From positions 2,016,001 to 2,080,000 of the forward strand of contig CAXXOA010000002.1 in the NCBI GenBank assembly GCA_963666275.2: a DNA stretch of 64,000 nt. Reading direction: 5' to 3'. Source of the stretch: Oceanispirochaeta sp. (lineage in GTDB: Bacteria; Spirochaetota; Spirochaetia; DSM-2461). A program made the translations under genes and the position numbers. Under the pieces are notes generated by a model, which saw nothing but the letters and a program-made list of their open reading frames with translations, made no database searches and had not been told where the DNA came from. Positions 1 through 9,490 of this stretch are shown here, in pieces (position 1 is the first letter of the stretch; every line of letters begins with the position of its first letter).

Positions 1-187
1 CCCCGACAGTTTCTGGAGTTCCCCTCTGGAAACGCCCTATATCTATCCGGGCACCGATACGATCGATACCCTCTATCAGGGCACCACATTCCTGCCCCAG
101 TGGCATATTTCCCTCTATCCTGGAGAAACCTGGATCCTGAATCTGAGCCTGAAGGTCGGGAAGAGCAAAGGGAAGGCTTTCGCTTAG
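1..187 (+). CDS. 3' end of a gene entering the window, possibly the C-terminal (DUF1926-like) domain of a GH57 4-alpha-glucanotransferase-type protein
   Basis: Frame 2 reads PDSFWSSPLETPYIYPGTDTIDTLYQGTTFLPQWHISLYPGETWILNLSLKV...FA* (TAG 185-187). The PLET...YQGT.FLP.W pattern resembles GH57 C-termini. Confidence 0.5.
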   Translation, partial: PDSFWSSPLETPYIYPGTDTIDTLYQGTTFLPQWHISLYPGETWILNLSLKVGKSKGKAFA

Positions 188-277
188 GTATTTCCTTCAT
201 ATCCCCCAAGATCAGTCATTGCAAAATTACTGATAGAAGTAGTAAAAAGCTACAATTTGCCAACTTTAATAGAAATA

Positions 278-1483
278 CTAATTCAAGATTATCATTTCAG
301 GTAGATCCTGATTGTAGTTTTCCGATATCGTGATTTTTGACCCATCAGCTTGCTTTAAAAATATGAAGCAAGTCTTACCTGATATCATATTAATCCCAGT
401 AAGAAATAAATTATTGTCATATAGCGGTATAATCTCATTTATCTCATACTCATTTAAGGGGAGAATCACTGTTTTTTCATCTGTTAAAGGATCAATTTTT
501 AATAAAGAAGGTTTTCCTGAGGTATCCCGGCAACTCAGGAAGTAATGTGTTTCAGTGGATGCTGCCGTTATGATCTCATGAGTTTCTGGAAAGGTTATCT
601 CTCTGGGTAAATTTGTTGGGTTATGCATCTCATATATACCAGAAAAATTGAGGAATCCAACCTGAATTACATAATTGTTATTTCTAAAAGCTGTTTTGAT
701 ATTATTTTTAGTAGGTAATCCGTTATCATCTATTTCGACTGTGTTCACAACTCCCGTTGCACTGTTATAAGTGAGTGTTACCATCTTGTTATTCTCAGTA
801 TCATGATATTCAAAATAACCATGAGGGTTTACATAAATATCCGGAAAATCTGCATTTAATGAGATATTTATCTGACTGCCATCAGAAGCTATAATTATGT
901 ACGATCGAGATAATTCATCGTCTGCCACTAAAAGTTCCCCATTACCGGATATTAGAAAACTTTCAATTATTTCAATAGAATAAAAATATTCGATATTTTC
1001 AGGACTTGTACCATTAAGAGTAAAGCGGTACATATCACTTGAAATCCAGAAATAAAAGGTATTATTATCCGGACCCTTTATAATATTAGAAGCTCCAGCG
1101 GGGATAGGAAAAGGCTGGGCAGAACCGTCCTGCTTGTTTACTATAAGGAAAGCATTGCTATCATCACTTGAACTCCAACTTCTTTTAATCAGGAAATAAT
1201 CCTTATTGAGATCTATAACGCAAGTTAAATTCATCGATTTATATTTTATAGTATCTCCATTTTTATCCATACATATTATTTCATTTGCAGTACCATTTTT
1301 GTCTATTCCGTAAAGGATATAGTAACTATCAGGATCTTCTTCTAAATAGAGCACACTGCTATTTTTTAAATCCAGGCTGAATGTATCTTCAAAATCAGGA
1401 TCATGGGAAGGCTTATCATCTGTTAAAGAACAAGAACATAAGATACAAAATACACAGATCATGAAAATAAATAATTGTTTCAT
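278..1483 (-). CDS. AT-rich hypothetical lipoprotein (possible beta-propeller), paralog of the next gene
   Basis: 401 aa ORF; signal peptide with lipobox-like ILCSC; N-terminal SLDL...LY.I.NG motif shared with 1505-2695. Confidence 0.75.
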   Translation of the reverse strand: MKQLFIFMICVFCILCSCSLTDDKPSHDPDFEDTFSLDLKNSSVLYLEEDPDSYYILYGIDKNGTANEIICMDKNGDTIKYKSMNLTCVIDLNKDYFLIKRSWSSSDDSNAFLIVNKQDGSAQPFPIPAGASNIIKGPDNNTFYFWISSDMYRFTLNGTSPENIEYFYSIEIIESFLISGNGELLVADDELSRSYIIIASDGSQINISLNADFPDIYVNPHGYFEYHDTENNKMVTLTYNSATGVVNTVEIDDNGLPTKNNIKTAFRNNNYVIQVGFLNFSGIYEMHNPTNLPREITFPETHEIITAASTETHYFLSCRDTSGKPSLLKIDPLTDEKTVILPLNEYEINEIIPLYDNNLFLTGINMISGKTCFIFLKQADGSKITISENYNQDLPEMIILN

Positions 1484-1504
1484 ATATACACACTTCTCGC
1501 TTTT

Positions 1505-2695
1505 TTAAAAATAAATAAATAGGCTTTCTGGAAACAGACCCTCATCTGAATAGAGATGAATAGTCCCATCTATATTTACTGTGCCTGTTATAATTGAATT
1601 AGAAGGATCTTCGCCACAGAACAGTACGAGATCATCACTGAGAGCCAGCATTTGATGAATTGTAACAATTCCAGAATCCATCATTTGTACAGTATCGCTG
1701 TTATCAGAAGGATTTAACCTCATAAAACCTGTATCTCCGTCAAGATTTTTAAAATGGATAAAATAATAATTTTCTGAACTACAGGAATTATCAATCGTAC
1801 TGACATCTGCAGGAGTAATTTTTTGTATTCCTGTAGGGTTTTCTTCTATTTTGAAAATATCATAATAGTGAATCCCGAAGGTTACCGTTCCAAAATGAAA
1901 AAAATTTTTAAAGTATACATAATTCAGTGCAGTATTGTAGCGAAACTCTGACGTACTTTTTGTAATATTATCAATTGTCAATTCGACCAAATCATTAGTT
2001 TCTTTATCAAAATATTGGACCTTTCCACTCGGACTCATCCAAAGCTTCATCACATTGGGAATATTATATAGACTTCCATCTGTAAATCTTATTCTCCATA
2101 TATCCAGATAATTTTCTTCATAGATTATGATTCCATTCTCTAATACAATAAAATCTTCAATTATGTCACTGTATGGTGTAACTGGTTCATATGTCATATC
2201 AAGTAAAGTCTCTAAATTGAACTGGTAAACCCTGATACTGTCAGAAAAGAATTTTTTATCCGGTCCAATCGATATCACTTTGTTTATTTGAACATTACTA
2301 TCATAGAGATTAGTATTGTTTCGGTAGTCGAAAAAAAGCCCCTCCATTTCGGTTACTGATCCACTGCTTTTGTCTATAAGATATGAATTGTCCCTACCTA
2401 ATATTTTCAGAATAAAGGTCTCTGTTCCCATGTCCACAGCAAAAAATCCATCATCTGAGTTATCGCTATTTTTAAAGATGGGCACAATTGCTATGGAGCC
2501 GTTTTCAATCACTTTATATAGCCGGTAATCCGAATAATTATCACCTTTATGGATAAATAGAGCTTTGGCTCCTGATAAATCTAAAGAATCTAAAACTGCA
2601 GGATCTTTTTTATCATCAGAATCATCATTAAACAGATCGCAGGACGTTAAACTAAGCAAAAAGAGGAGTAAGAAGAAAACACAGTTCCGGTTCAT
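1505..2695 (-). CDS. AT-rich hypothetical lipoprotein
   Basis: 396 aa; signal peptide ending LSLTSC, then an acidic tether DLFNDDSDD. Confidence 0.75.
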   Translation of the reverse strand: MNRNCVFFLLLFLLSLTSCDLFNDDSDDKKDPAVLDSLDLSGAKALFIHKGDNYSDYRLYKVIENGSIAIVPIFKNSDNSDDGFFAVDMGTETFILKILGRDNSYLIDKSSGSVTEMEGLFFDYRNNTNLYDSNVQINKVISIGPDKKFFSDSIRVYQFNLETLLDMTYEPVTPYSDIIEDFIVLENGIIIYEENYLDIWRIRFTDGSLYNIPNVMKLWMSPSGKVQYFDKETNDLVELTIDNITKSTSEFRYNTALNYVYFKNFFHFGTVTFGIHYYDIFKIEENPTGIQKITPADVSTIDNSCSSENYYFIHFKNLDGDTGFMRLNPSDNSDTVQMMDSGIVTIHQMLALSDDLVLFCGEDPSNSIITGTVNIDGTIHLYSDEGLFPESLFIYF

Positions 2696-2729
2696 TCACA
2701 ATCCTTTTAAATATGTTTATTTTTGAGGC

Positions 2730-2769
2730 ATTATATTATCCAAGGGAAACTCTGTAAACAAAAAAAAAA
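2730..2769 (-). promoter_or_regulatory. sigma70-type promoter for the lipoprotein pair
   Basis: Minus strand TTTACA (2758-2753), 17 bp, TATAAT (2735-2730), preceded by a T10 tract (UP-element-like). Confidence 0.55.
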
Positions 2770-2970
2770 TCTGATTTATTAAAAGAGGATGTGATCCATT
2801 CTTTTCTGTGTTTTCAGTATCTAAAAATAGGCAGGAAATTTTATCTTTATTCAAATTAATTAAACTTCAATAACATTCAAGAAGTATCTTTGTTCAATTA
2901 CTCAGAAAGCTTCTATAACTGAGAAAGTCGTAACAGAATATTTCAAGGGAGGGCAACCAGACGGCTGGAT

Positions 2971-4245
2971 TTAAAACTCCACTCTCTCTTTTCTTGTACG
3001 GGATTCCCGTATTTCGAATATGTTGTATATCCAGCGGTTGGATTCGGCATAGTAGAGTTCACGGGCAGAGAGGAAATCCATGAAGGCATATTCCAGCTCA
3101 TTCTCAAAATACCGGGCCTGTCCCCTGTAGTAGTGGAGTCTGGCTTTCAATTCTTTATCGTAGTGACTCTCCAGTTCCCTTGTGGTCCGGTTGATCACCG
3201 CTTCCCAGTCTCTGTTTTCCATTAAAAGAGGAATCCCCTGGATCGCCGGATCCACAGCGGCCTCTGTATCAACAGGAAGGATTTGCTCCTCCATCCAGTT
3301 GATGGTCCTGACGGATTTACCGAAATTCAGCTCTGCAAGCTGGAGGGCTGTATCTCCTGAAAGTTCCGTGGGCGTGTCTGTGAGAGCCGGGCCGGGCAAG
3401 GGCTTTCCCTTCTCGATATCCGAAGTAATGTTCAGAACAGGAAGGGGAATATGCCGGGAAAAGTACTGGAAGGTATGAGCCTCTTCGGGAAACCACTCCT
3501 CCATGGGAATCATAACCGGCTCTGTTGTCACACTCCCTTCGTAGAGAATCTCCGGACTTCCCGCTTCAAAAAGGTCCTTATCCACCATGGCATAGTAGAA
3601 GGGAATCCCCGGGACAACCTGGTCTTTCCAGAGGATCTTCTCACCAGTGATTGTGGTGACTCTGGCCGCCTGGACCAGATCTTCCCGGCTCCGGGGCAGA
3701 CTTGTGCTTCTGAATATGATTACGGGCCTTTCGGGAGCCGTTGAATAGCCGCTTATATGCATCTCCTGCATTTCGGGAATGACCTTTAATCGGGAGAGGT
3801 AGGTCGCTCTTTCCTCTTCCACTTCATAGAGAACCGCCGAAACAGGGGTCATATTCATATTCCGGTAGGGAATGAAAACTTCATAGAGCTGCCCATCCTT
3901 TTCTGGGAGCACTGTAAAATACCTTTTAACGCCGTCTCCCGGTTCATAAAGGAACTGTTCCGTACCGGTTGATACGGTGCCCAGAAGGGTAGCGTCTTTC
4001 AAAGTATCCTTGGAAAGAGGCTTCAGGGAAGAGTAGATTTTATAGTCTGGATTAGCAAGATTTCCCGTGTCTTTCCAGCTTAGAAGGATGGCTGAACCTT
4101 TCGTTTCGGCCTTGAACCGGGAAACGAAGGGGGCAAATATTTCTGTCCGGGTCTCGTCGGAAGAGATTGTCTGTGACGAAAGGGGGAGAGGAAAGAGACA
4201 GAACAGGAGAAATATGACAGTGGAAAATATAGTGTTTTTCTTCAT
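2971..4245 (-). CDS. exported hypothetical protein with C-terminal TPR-like helices
   Basis: 424 aa; Sec signal peptide; C-terminal LHYYRGQARYF TPR-like motif. Confidence 0.7.
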   Translation of the reverse strand: MKKNTIFSTVIFLLFCLFPLPLSSQTISSDETRTEIFAPFVSRFKAETKGSAILLSWKDTGNLANPDYKIYSSLKPLSKDTLKDATLLGTVSTGTEQFLYEPGDGVKRYFTVLPEKDGQLYEVFIPYRNMNMTPVSAVLYEVEEERATYLSRLKVIPEMQEMHISGYSTAPERPVIIFRSTSLPRSREDLVQAARVTTITGEKILWKDQVVPGIPFYYAMVDKDLFEAGSPEILYEGSVTTEPVMIPMEEWFPEEAHTFQYFSRHIPLPVLNITSDIEKGKPLPGPALTDTPTELSGDTALQLAELNFGKSVRTINWMEEQILPVDTEAAVDPAIQGIPLLMENRDWEAVINRTTRELESHYDKELKARLHYYRGQARYFENELEYAFMDFLSARELYYAESNRWIYNIFEIRESRTRKERVEF

Positions 4246-4307
4246 GGTACCACTTATATTCTCGGCAGATGGCTGTTAAAACCGGATAAAAAAAGGAAAC
4301 TCTCTCG

Positions 4308-4336
4308 TTGACCCGCGTACCGGCGGGGGGTATTAT
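4308..4336 (+). promoter_or_regulatory. sigma70-type promoter for fliG (likely leaderless transcript)
   Basis: TTGACC (4308-4313), 17 bp, TATTAT (4331-4336); ATG follows 7 nt later at 4344 with no SD. Confidence 0.5.
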
Positions 4337-4343
4337 GTTGACT

Positions 4344-5537
4344 ATGAAATTCGGCCAGAGAGGCTTGGACGCATACAAAGCCCAGTCAAAACCCCTCCCC
4401 AGCAGATCGGACAAAAAGAGCACACCCGGCGATGCGGCTCTTTCCGCCATGGAAAGCATAGACAGCAGTAAAAAAACTCCTCCGGGACTTCTTAAAACCG
4501 GAAAAGAGAGTGCAATTCCTTCTCTCCGGGAAGGGGAAGCGGCACCGGAAGAGCTGAAGGGCATAGCCAAAGCCGCCCGGTTTATCCTCCTTCTGGATAA
4601 AGAGGAAGCCGGTTCTGTTCTCAGGAATATGAATGAACGGGAGATCGAGCTGATAACCCGGGAAATCGCCAGGATACGGTCTGTCTCTCTGGAAGAAGCC
4701 CGGACCGTACTGGAGGATTTCGGAAGTGCTCTGCCTCCCCATAAAGTCGCCGGCGGTTTGGGAATGGCCCGGGAGATCCTGAATCGGGCTTTCGGCGAAG
4801 AGAAAAGCCGGGAGTTTCTGAAGAAATCCGTCCCCGAATCCTTTCCGGCTCCTTTCAGCTTTCTGAATGACCTGTCACTGCCTCAGATGATGCAGCTCCT
4901 GAAAGATGAGTCTCTTGAAACCCTTTCGGTGATCCTTTCATTCCTTGATCCTCAAAAAGCCTCGGGAATAATAAAAAGCCGTCCTTCAGAAGATCAGGTG
5001 AAACTGATCCGCAGGATGGGGCGGATCGATAAAGTGGATCCTGCAATTCTCAGCAGTATGGAGGGAATCCTTCAGGAGAGGGTTCATAAACTGGCTAAAG
5101 TGGATGAAGTGGAAATTGACGGGGCCTCCCGTCTGACAGAGATCCTGAGATTTATGGATCCCCAGTCTGAAAGCACTATTCTCAGTGAGCTGGACAACCG
5201 GGATCCGGATCTGGGAAGGCGTATCCGTGAGGATCTCCTCACCATGGACAGTGTATTTAAATTGCGCCCCAGGGATCTTCAGACCCTTTTAATGGATATT
5301 CCCAATGAGACTCTTATACTGCTTCTGAAGGATAAAGATCAGGATGTGACAGACCACATCATGGAGAACCTCTCCACCCAGCGGCGTATGCTCCTTGAAG
5401 AGGACAGAATTCTGGCTCCCCTGGTTCCCCGGAGCGAAGTGAAAAAAGTGACGAGGGAGTTTCTTGAAACTATCCGCAGAAAGCAGGAAGAGGGCAGTTT
5501 TATTCTACTTGACGAAGATGATGACCTTCTGGTCTGA
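4344..5537 (+). CDS. fliG: flagellar motor switch protein FliG (orphan FliG1 type, N-terminal extension)
   Basis: KAARFILLL.KEEA..VL, GG...A.EIL..AFG, PFSFL, G......IL FliG motifs. Start chosen at ATG 4344; the ORF track opens at 4308. Confidence 0.85.
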   Translation: MKFGQRGLDAYKAQSKPLPSRSDKKSTPGDAALSAMESIDSSKKTPPGLLKTGKESAIPSLREGEAAPEELKGIAKAARFILLLDKEEAGSVLRNMNEREIELITREIARIRSVSLEEARTVLEDFGSALPPHKVAGGLGMAREILNRAFGEEKSREFLKKSVPESFPAPFSFLNDLSLPQMMQLLKDESLETLSVILSFLDPQKASGIIKSRPSEDQVKLIRRMGRIDKVDPAILSSMEGILQERVHKLAKVDEVEIDGASRLTEILRFMDPQSESTILSELDNRDPDLGRRIREDLLTMDSVFKLRPRDLQTLLMDIPNETLILLLKDKDQDVTDHIMENLSTQRRMLLEEDRILAPLVPRSEVKKVTREFLETIRRKQEEGSFILLDEDDDLLV

Positions 5538-5625
5538 GGGAGTTCTGCCCGCTCAGGGGAAACTCTCCAATTCCCTGTGTGCTGGATACTTGCCAATCTT
5601 CCCGTAGTTATACTATTATGCGTTT

Positions 5626-7413
5626 ATGACAGCTAACGAACTCAGAAAGAAATATATCGATTTTTTTGTATCAAGAAATCATGCAGAGATATCCGGGCAG
5701 TCTCTTATCCCGGAAAATGATCCGACCGTGCTTTTCACCACAGCAGGAATGCATCCTCTGGTTCCCTATCTGATGGGGCAGGACCATCCCGCGGGAAAAA
5801 GACTTACCGACTACCAGAAATGTATCCGTACAGGCGATATTGAATCTGTAGGAGACCCCTCCCACCTGACATTCTTTGAAATGCTTGGTAACTGGTCACT
5901 CCGGGATTATTTCAAGGAAGAAGCTCTTTCTATGAGTTATGAGTTTCTCACCTCTCCCGAGTACCTGGGGCTGGATAAAAACCGCCTTTCCGTCACTGTT
6001 TTCGCCGGAGACAAAGACGTTCCCCGTGATGAGGAAGCCGCTCAGATCTGGCGTAATCTGGGAATGCCCGAGGAAAGAATCTACTTTATGCCCCGGGAAG
6101 ACAACTGGTGGGGACCGGCGGGTCAGACAGGCCCCTGCGGCCCTGACAGTGAAATGTTCTATGATACAGGAAAAGAAGCCTGCGGAGACGACTGTAAACC
6201 CGGTTGTCACTGCGGTAAATATTTCGAAATCTGGAACGACGTATTCATGCAGTACAATAAAACAGCGGACGGGGAATACGTTCCCCTCGAGGCTCCCTGT
6301 GTTGATACGGGCATGGGTATCGAACGTACCGCTACAATGCTCCAGGGCAAGAAATCTGTCTATCAGACAGAGCTTTTCCAGCCCATCATTGGGGCTCTTG
6401 AAAAACTGACAGGTGTGACCTACGGTGAGTCTGAAGAGAAGGATATTTCCATCCGGATCATCAGTGACCATGTGAAAGCCGCAACAATGATTATCGGAGA
6501 CCCCCGGGGCGCCAAGCCCTCCAATCTGGGGCAGGGGTATATTCTCCGCCGGCTTATCCGGAGAGCTGTGAGACATGGCAAGAAGCTGGGTATTACCGAA
6601 AACTTTCTGGCCGGTATCAGCCAGGTTGTGATTGATATGTATAAAGAAGTTTATACAGAACTGGATGAAAAACGGGAACTTATCCTTTCAGAGCTGACGA
6701 TGGAAGAACAGCAGTTCAACACGACTCTCAAGAAAGGGGAACATGAGTTTGAAAAGATGCTCCCCAATCTGCAGAAGAATCCCAAAATGATCATTCCCGG
6801 CCGTCTGGCATTCAAACTCTATGATACCTACGGATTCCCTGTGGAACTGACGGAAGAACTGGCTCTGGAAAACGGTATGACCGTTGACAGGGAAGGATTC
6901 GATGAAGCCTTCAAAAAGCATCAGGAAGCCTCCAAGAAGGGCGCAGACAAGATCTTCAAAGGCGGACTGGCAGATCATTCTGAAATGACCACCCGTTATC
7001 ACACGGCAACCCACCTTCTCCATGAAGCTCTGAAACAGGTCCTGGGTGATCATGTAGAGCAGAAGGGATCAAATATCACGGAAGAAAGACTCCGTTTCGA
7101 CTTTGCCCATCATGACAAGATGACAGCTGAAGAAATTCAGGAAGTTCAGGATATTGTGAACAGGGAGATCAAAAAGTCCCATCCTGTCACTATGAAGAAC
7201 ATGACTGTGGAAGAAGCGAAAGAACTGGGAGCCAGAGCCCTGTTCTCATCAAAATACGGTGAACAGGTGAAGGTCTATTTTATCGGAGACTTTTCCATCG
7301 AGGTCTGCGGTGGCCCCCATGTGGAGAATACCTCTGAACTCGGTGAGTTTATCATCAAAAAAGAACAGTCCTCTTCCAGAGGTGTCAGAAGGATCAAGGC
7401 TGTCCTGAAATAG
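5626..7413 (+). CDS. alaS: alanine--tRNA ligase (short form, no C-Ala domain)
   Basis: LFTTAGM, HLTFFEMLGNWS, GPCGPDSE, DTGMGIER, editing HTATHLL and CGGPHV; ends just after GVRRIKA. Confidence 0.97.
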   Translation: MTANELRKKYIDFFVSRNHAEISGQSLIPENDPTVLFTTAGMHPLVPYLMGQDHPAGKRLTDYQKCIRTGDIESVGDPSHLTFFEMLGNWSLRDYFKEEALSMSYEFLTSPEYLGLDKNRLSVTVFAGDKDVPRDEEAAQIWRNLGMPEERIYFMPREDNWWGPAGQTGPCGPDSEMFYDTGKEACGDDCKPGCHCGKYFEIWNDVFMQYNKTADGEYVPLEAPCVDTGMGIERTATMLQGKKSVYQTELFQPIIGALEKLTGVTYGESEEKDISIRIISDHVKAATMIIGDPRGAKPSNLGQGYILRRLIRRAVRHGKKLGITENFLAGISQVVIDMYKEVYTELDEKRELILSELTMEEQQFNTTLKKGEHEFEKMLPNLQKNPKMIIPGRLAFKLYDTYGFPVELTEELALENGMTVDREGFDEAFKKHQEASKKGADKIFKGGLADHSEMTTRYHTATHLLHEALKQVLGDHVEQKGSNITEERLRFDFAHHDKMTAEEIQEVQDIVNREIKKSHPVTMKNMTVEEAKELGARALFSSKYGEQVKVYFIGDFSIEVCGGPHVENTSELGEFIIKKEQSSSRGVRRIKAVLK

Positions 7414-7418
7414 GACTC

Positions 7419-7629
7419 ACCCTTACCCCTGGATTCCCTCTCCCATGAGGAGAGGGGAAGTATGATAGATGAAAAAAATCCCCTTTACGGGGATTTTTTT
7501 TTGCCACCTGGCTTAGAGATAGCCATCCCGCTGTATGTGAAATCCCACCAACCCTCACTCCTCGATCCCCTCTCCCGTGAGGAGAGGGGAAGTATGATAG
7601 ATAAAAAAAATCCCCAAACCGGGGATTTT
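7419..7629. repeat. two ~79-bp direct copies (7419-7497, 7551-7629), each a REP-like hairpin plus a terminator-like hairpin
   Basis: CCCTCTCCC(A/G)TGAGGAGAGGGGAAGTATGATAGAT..AAAAAAATCCCC-N5-GGGGATTTT occurs twice, 132 bp apart. Confidence 0.85.
7472..7502 (+). terminator. intrinsic terminator of alaS (bidirectional-looking)
   Basis: AAAAAAATCCCC-TTTAC-GGGGATTTTTTTTT. Confidence 0.75.
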
Positions 7630-7680
7630 ACAGGCTGAGCTGGATGCATCTGTATTCAGAGCCGCGGGTCTCTATGCCAA

Positions 7681-7864
7681 GCCGAAGGAGTGGTCCCTGA
7701 GCGGAACCGAAGGAGTGGTCCCTGAGCGGAGCCGAAGGAGTGGTTCCTGAGCGGAGCCGAAGGAGTGGTCCCTGAGCGGAGCCGAAGGAGTGGTCCCTGA
7801 GCGGAGCCGAAGGAGTGGTCCCTGAGCGGAGACGAAGGAGTGGTCCCTGAGCGGAGCCGAAGGG
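7681..7864. repeat. tandem array of a 25-bp unit (7 full copies plus a partial), REP-like
   Basis: GCCGAAGGAGTGGTCCCTGAGCGGA repeated head to tail with three single-base variants and no spacers; abuts the stop of the TPR gene. Confidence 0.95.
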
Positions 7865-9010
7865 TTAGATTTTATCTTTCAGTTCCATGACCTTGTCGAT
7901 GATTCTGTTATTCCGGATACCCAGTTTGAGAAACTGGGAGAGCAGTTCTAACGCTTCTTCGGGATCACCGATTTTCTCGTAACACTCAGCAGCCTCCAGG
8001 TAGAGTCTGTAGTTTTTCGGATCGTTGCTGATAAGGTCTTTCAGTGAGGTTATGGCGTCCTGGTAATTGCCTTTTTCCTTATTCAGAAGGGCCAGACCCA
8101 GAATGGCATAGGTATCGAACTCGATATTCAGGGCTTTTTTGTAATAGCTTTCAGCCTTGTCGTCCTCTCCCATATTCCTGTAGGCATCACCGGCTCTTGT
8201 CAGGATAACCTTGTTCTTTCTGTCCATATCCAGGATCTTGTTCCAGTAGACCAGAGACTGATCCTGCTGATTGAGACCCCGGTAGCAGTCGGCCAGACCG
8301 AAGAGGGCATAGAAGTTGCTGGGCTGTTTTTTAAGGGCGTCCAGAAAGTAGGGGACTCCCTTGTCAAAGGTTTTCAGTTTTCTGTGACAGTTGCCCAGTG
8401 AGGTGAGGACTCGGATGTCCACATGGCCTCTATTGATCTCAAGCATCCTCTCCCAGTATTTGAGAGCCTCTTTATACTCTTTGAAATCATAGTAAAGATG
8501 ACCCAGACCTATGATCGCATAGGAGTTGCTGGCTTCCATTTCCAGAACTCTCTGATAAAGTTCATAGGATTTGTCAAAGTTCCGAACCTTTCTGTAGGCA
8601 TCGGCGATCCTGGTGAGAACAGTTATGTTTTTGTCATCATGGAGAAGGTATTCCTCCCAGATATCTATGGCTCTGTTGTACTGATTCAGAGCTTTGTAAC
8701 AGTCTGCCAGACCGAAGAGGGCGTAGTTGTTTCCGGGGTGGGATCCCAGGCACTTCTGGTAGTGTGTTATGGCATCCTTGTATTTCCGTTCTTTCCGGTA
8801 GCAGTCCCCTAATCCCACAAGGGCGTAGTTGTTTTGATCGTCCAGTTCGAGAATTCTGGCAAATGACTCTTTTGCCCGGTTGGTCAGATTTTCCTTTAAA
8901 AGCTGATAGCCCCGTTTTGAAAGTTCTGAAATCTCATTGAGTACATCCTGGGGTTTTTCTTCTGGTAAACTTTTTGTCAATTCATCAATATTTAAATTAT
9001 CTTTCAACAT
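7865..9010 (-). CDS. tetratricopeptide repeat protein
   Basis: Many 34-aa repeats (N.YAL.GL.DCY...A...W...L). Confidence 0.9.
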   Translation of the reverse strand: MLKDNLNIDELTKSLPEEKPQDVLNEISELSKRGYQLLKENLTNRAKESFARILELDDQNNYALVGLGDCYRKERKYKDAITHYQKCLGSHPGNNYALFGLADCYKALNQYNRAIDIWEEYLLHDDKNITVLTRIADAYRKVRNFDKSYELYQRVLEMEASNSYAIIGLGHLYYDFKEYKEALKYWERMLEINRGHVDIRVLTSLGNCHRKLKTFDKGVPYFLDALKKQPSNFYALFGLADCYRGLNQQDQSLVYWNKILDMDRKNKVILTRAGDAYRNMGEDDKAESYYKKALNIEFDTYAILGLALLNKEKGNYQDAITSLKDLISNDPKNYRLYLEAAECYEKIGDPEEALELLSQFLKLGIRNNRIIDKVMELKDKI

Positions 9011-9071
9011 TTTTATAGATCCTTTTACATAATAAGTTCCTAAATCAGTTCAAGGCAGATTGAAAAAGAAT

Positions 9072-9410
9072 TCAATCCGCCTCTTCAGAAAGCCAGGTTC
9101 TTACTACTTGAGCCATTTTCGTAACAAGAAATTCCACTTTCTGAGGAGCAGGAGCCGCTTTGTACATTCTCAATGCTTCAAGGTGACGATTGTGATTATA
9201 GTAATAATCCCCTACTCGAATCATGCCGTCGGTATAACCGATGGTGATGAAGATTTTTCCGGCTGTTTCTATATCACCCTCATTAAAAAGCTGATTCCCC
9301 TTTCGCAGGAGTTTGACTTTTCTTTCAGGTGAAAGAGCTACTCCCCCCGTATCGGGAATCTTAATGAAACCTTCCCGGGGGATGCCATCCAGAATATCTC
9401 TTCGACTCAT
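9072..9410 (-). CDS. small hypothetical protein (TPR-like helices)
   Basis: LLRKGNQLFNEGD...GYTDGMIRVGDYY; probable ATG at 9410 (ORF track opens at 9452). Confidence 0.65.
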   Translation of the reverse strand: MSRRDILDGIPREGFIKIPDTGGVALSPERKVKLLRKGNQLFNEGDIETAGKIFITIGYTDGMIRVGDYYYNHNRHLEALRMYKAAPAPQKVEFLVTKMAQVVRTWLSEEAD

Positions 9411-9490
9411 AAAATTCCCTTTTATTATAGGATCAAAATGTGTACTTTTCAAATAAAATTAAAAAAACGGATGTTTTTGTTTATTTTGGA

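Noticed and set aside
100..333. 77-aa + strand ORF
   Set aside because: Overlaps the better-supported frame-2 gene end (1-187) and the lipoprotein stop.
5626..7413. alaS as a truncated pseudogene
   Set aside because: Catalytic and editing motifs are intact and a terminator follows; short AlaRS is normal in spirochaetes.
7681..7864. Possible CRISPR array
   Set aside because: Units are directly adjacent with no unique spacers, and there are no cas genes in the window.
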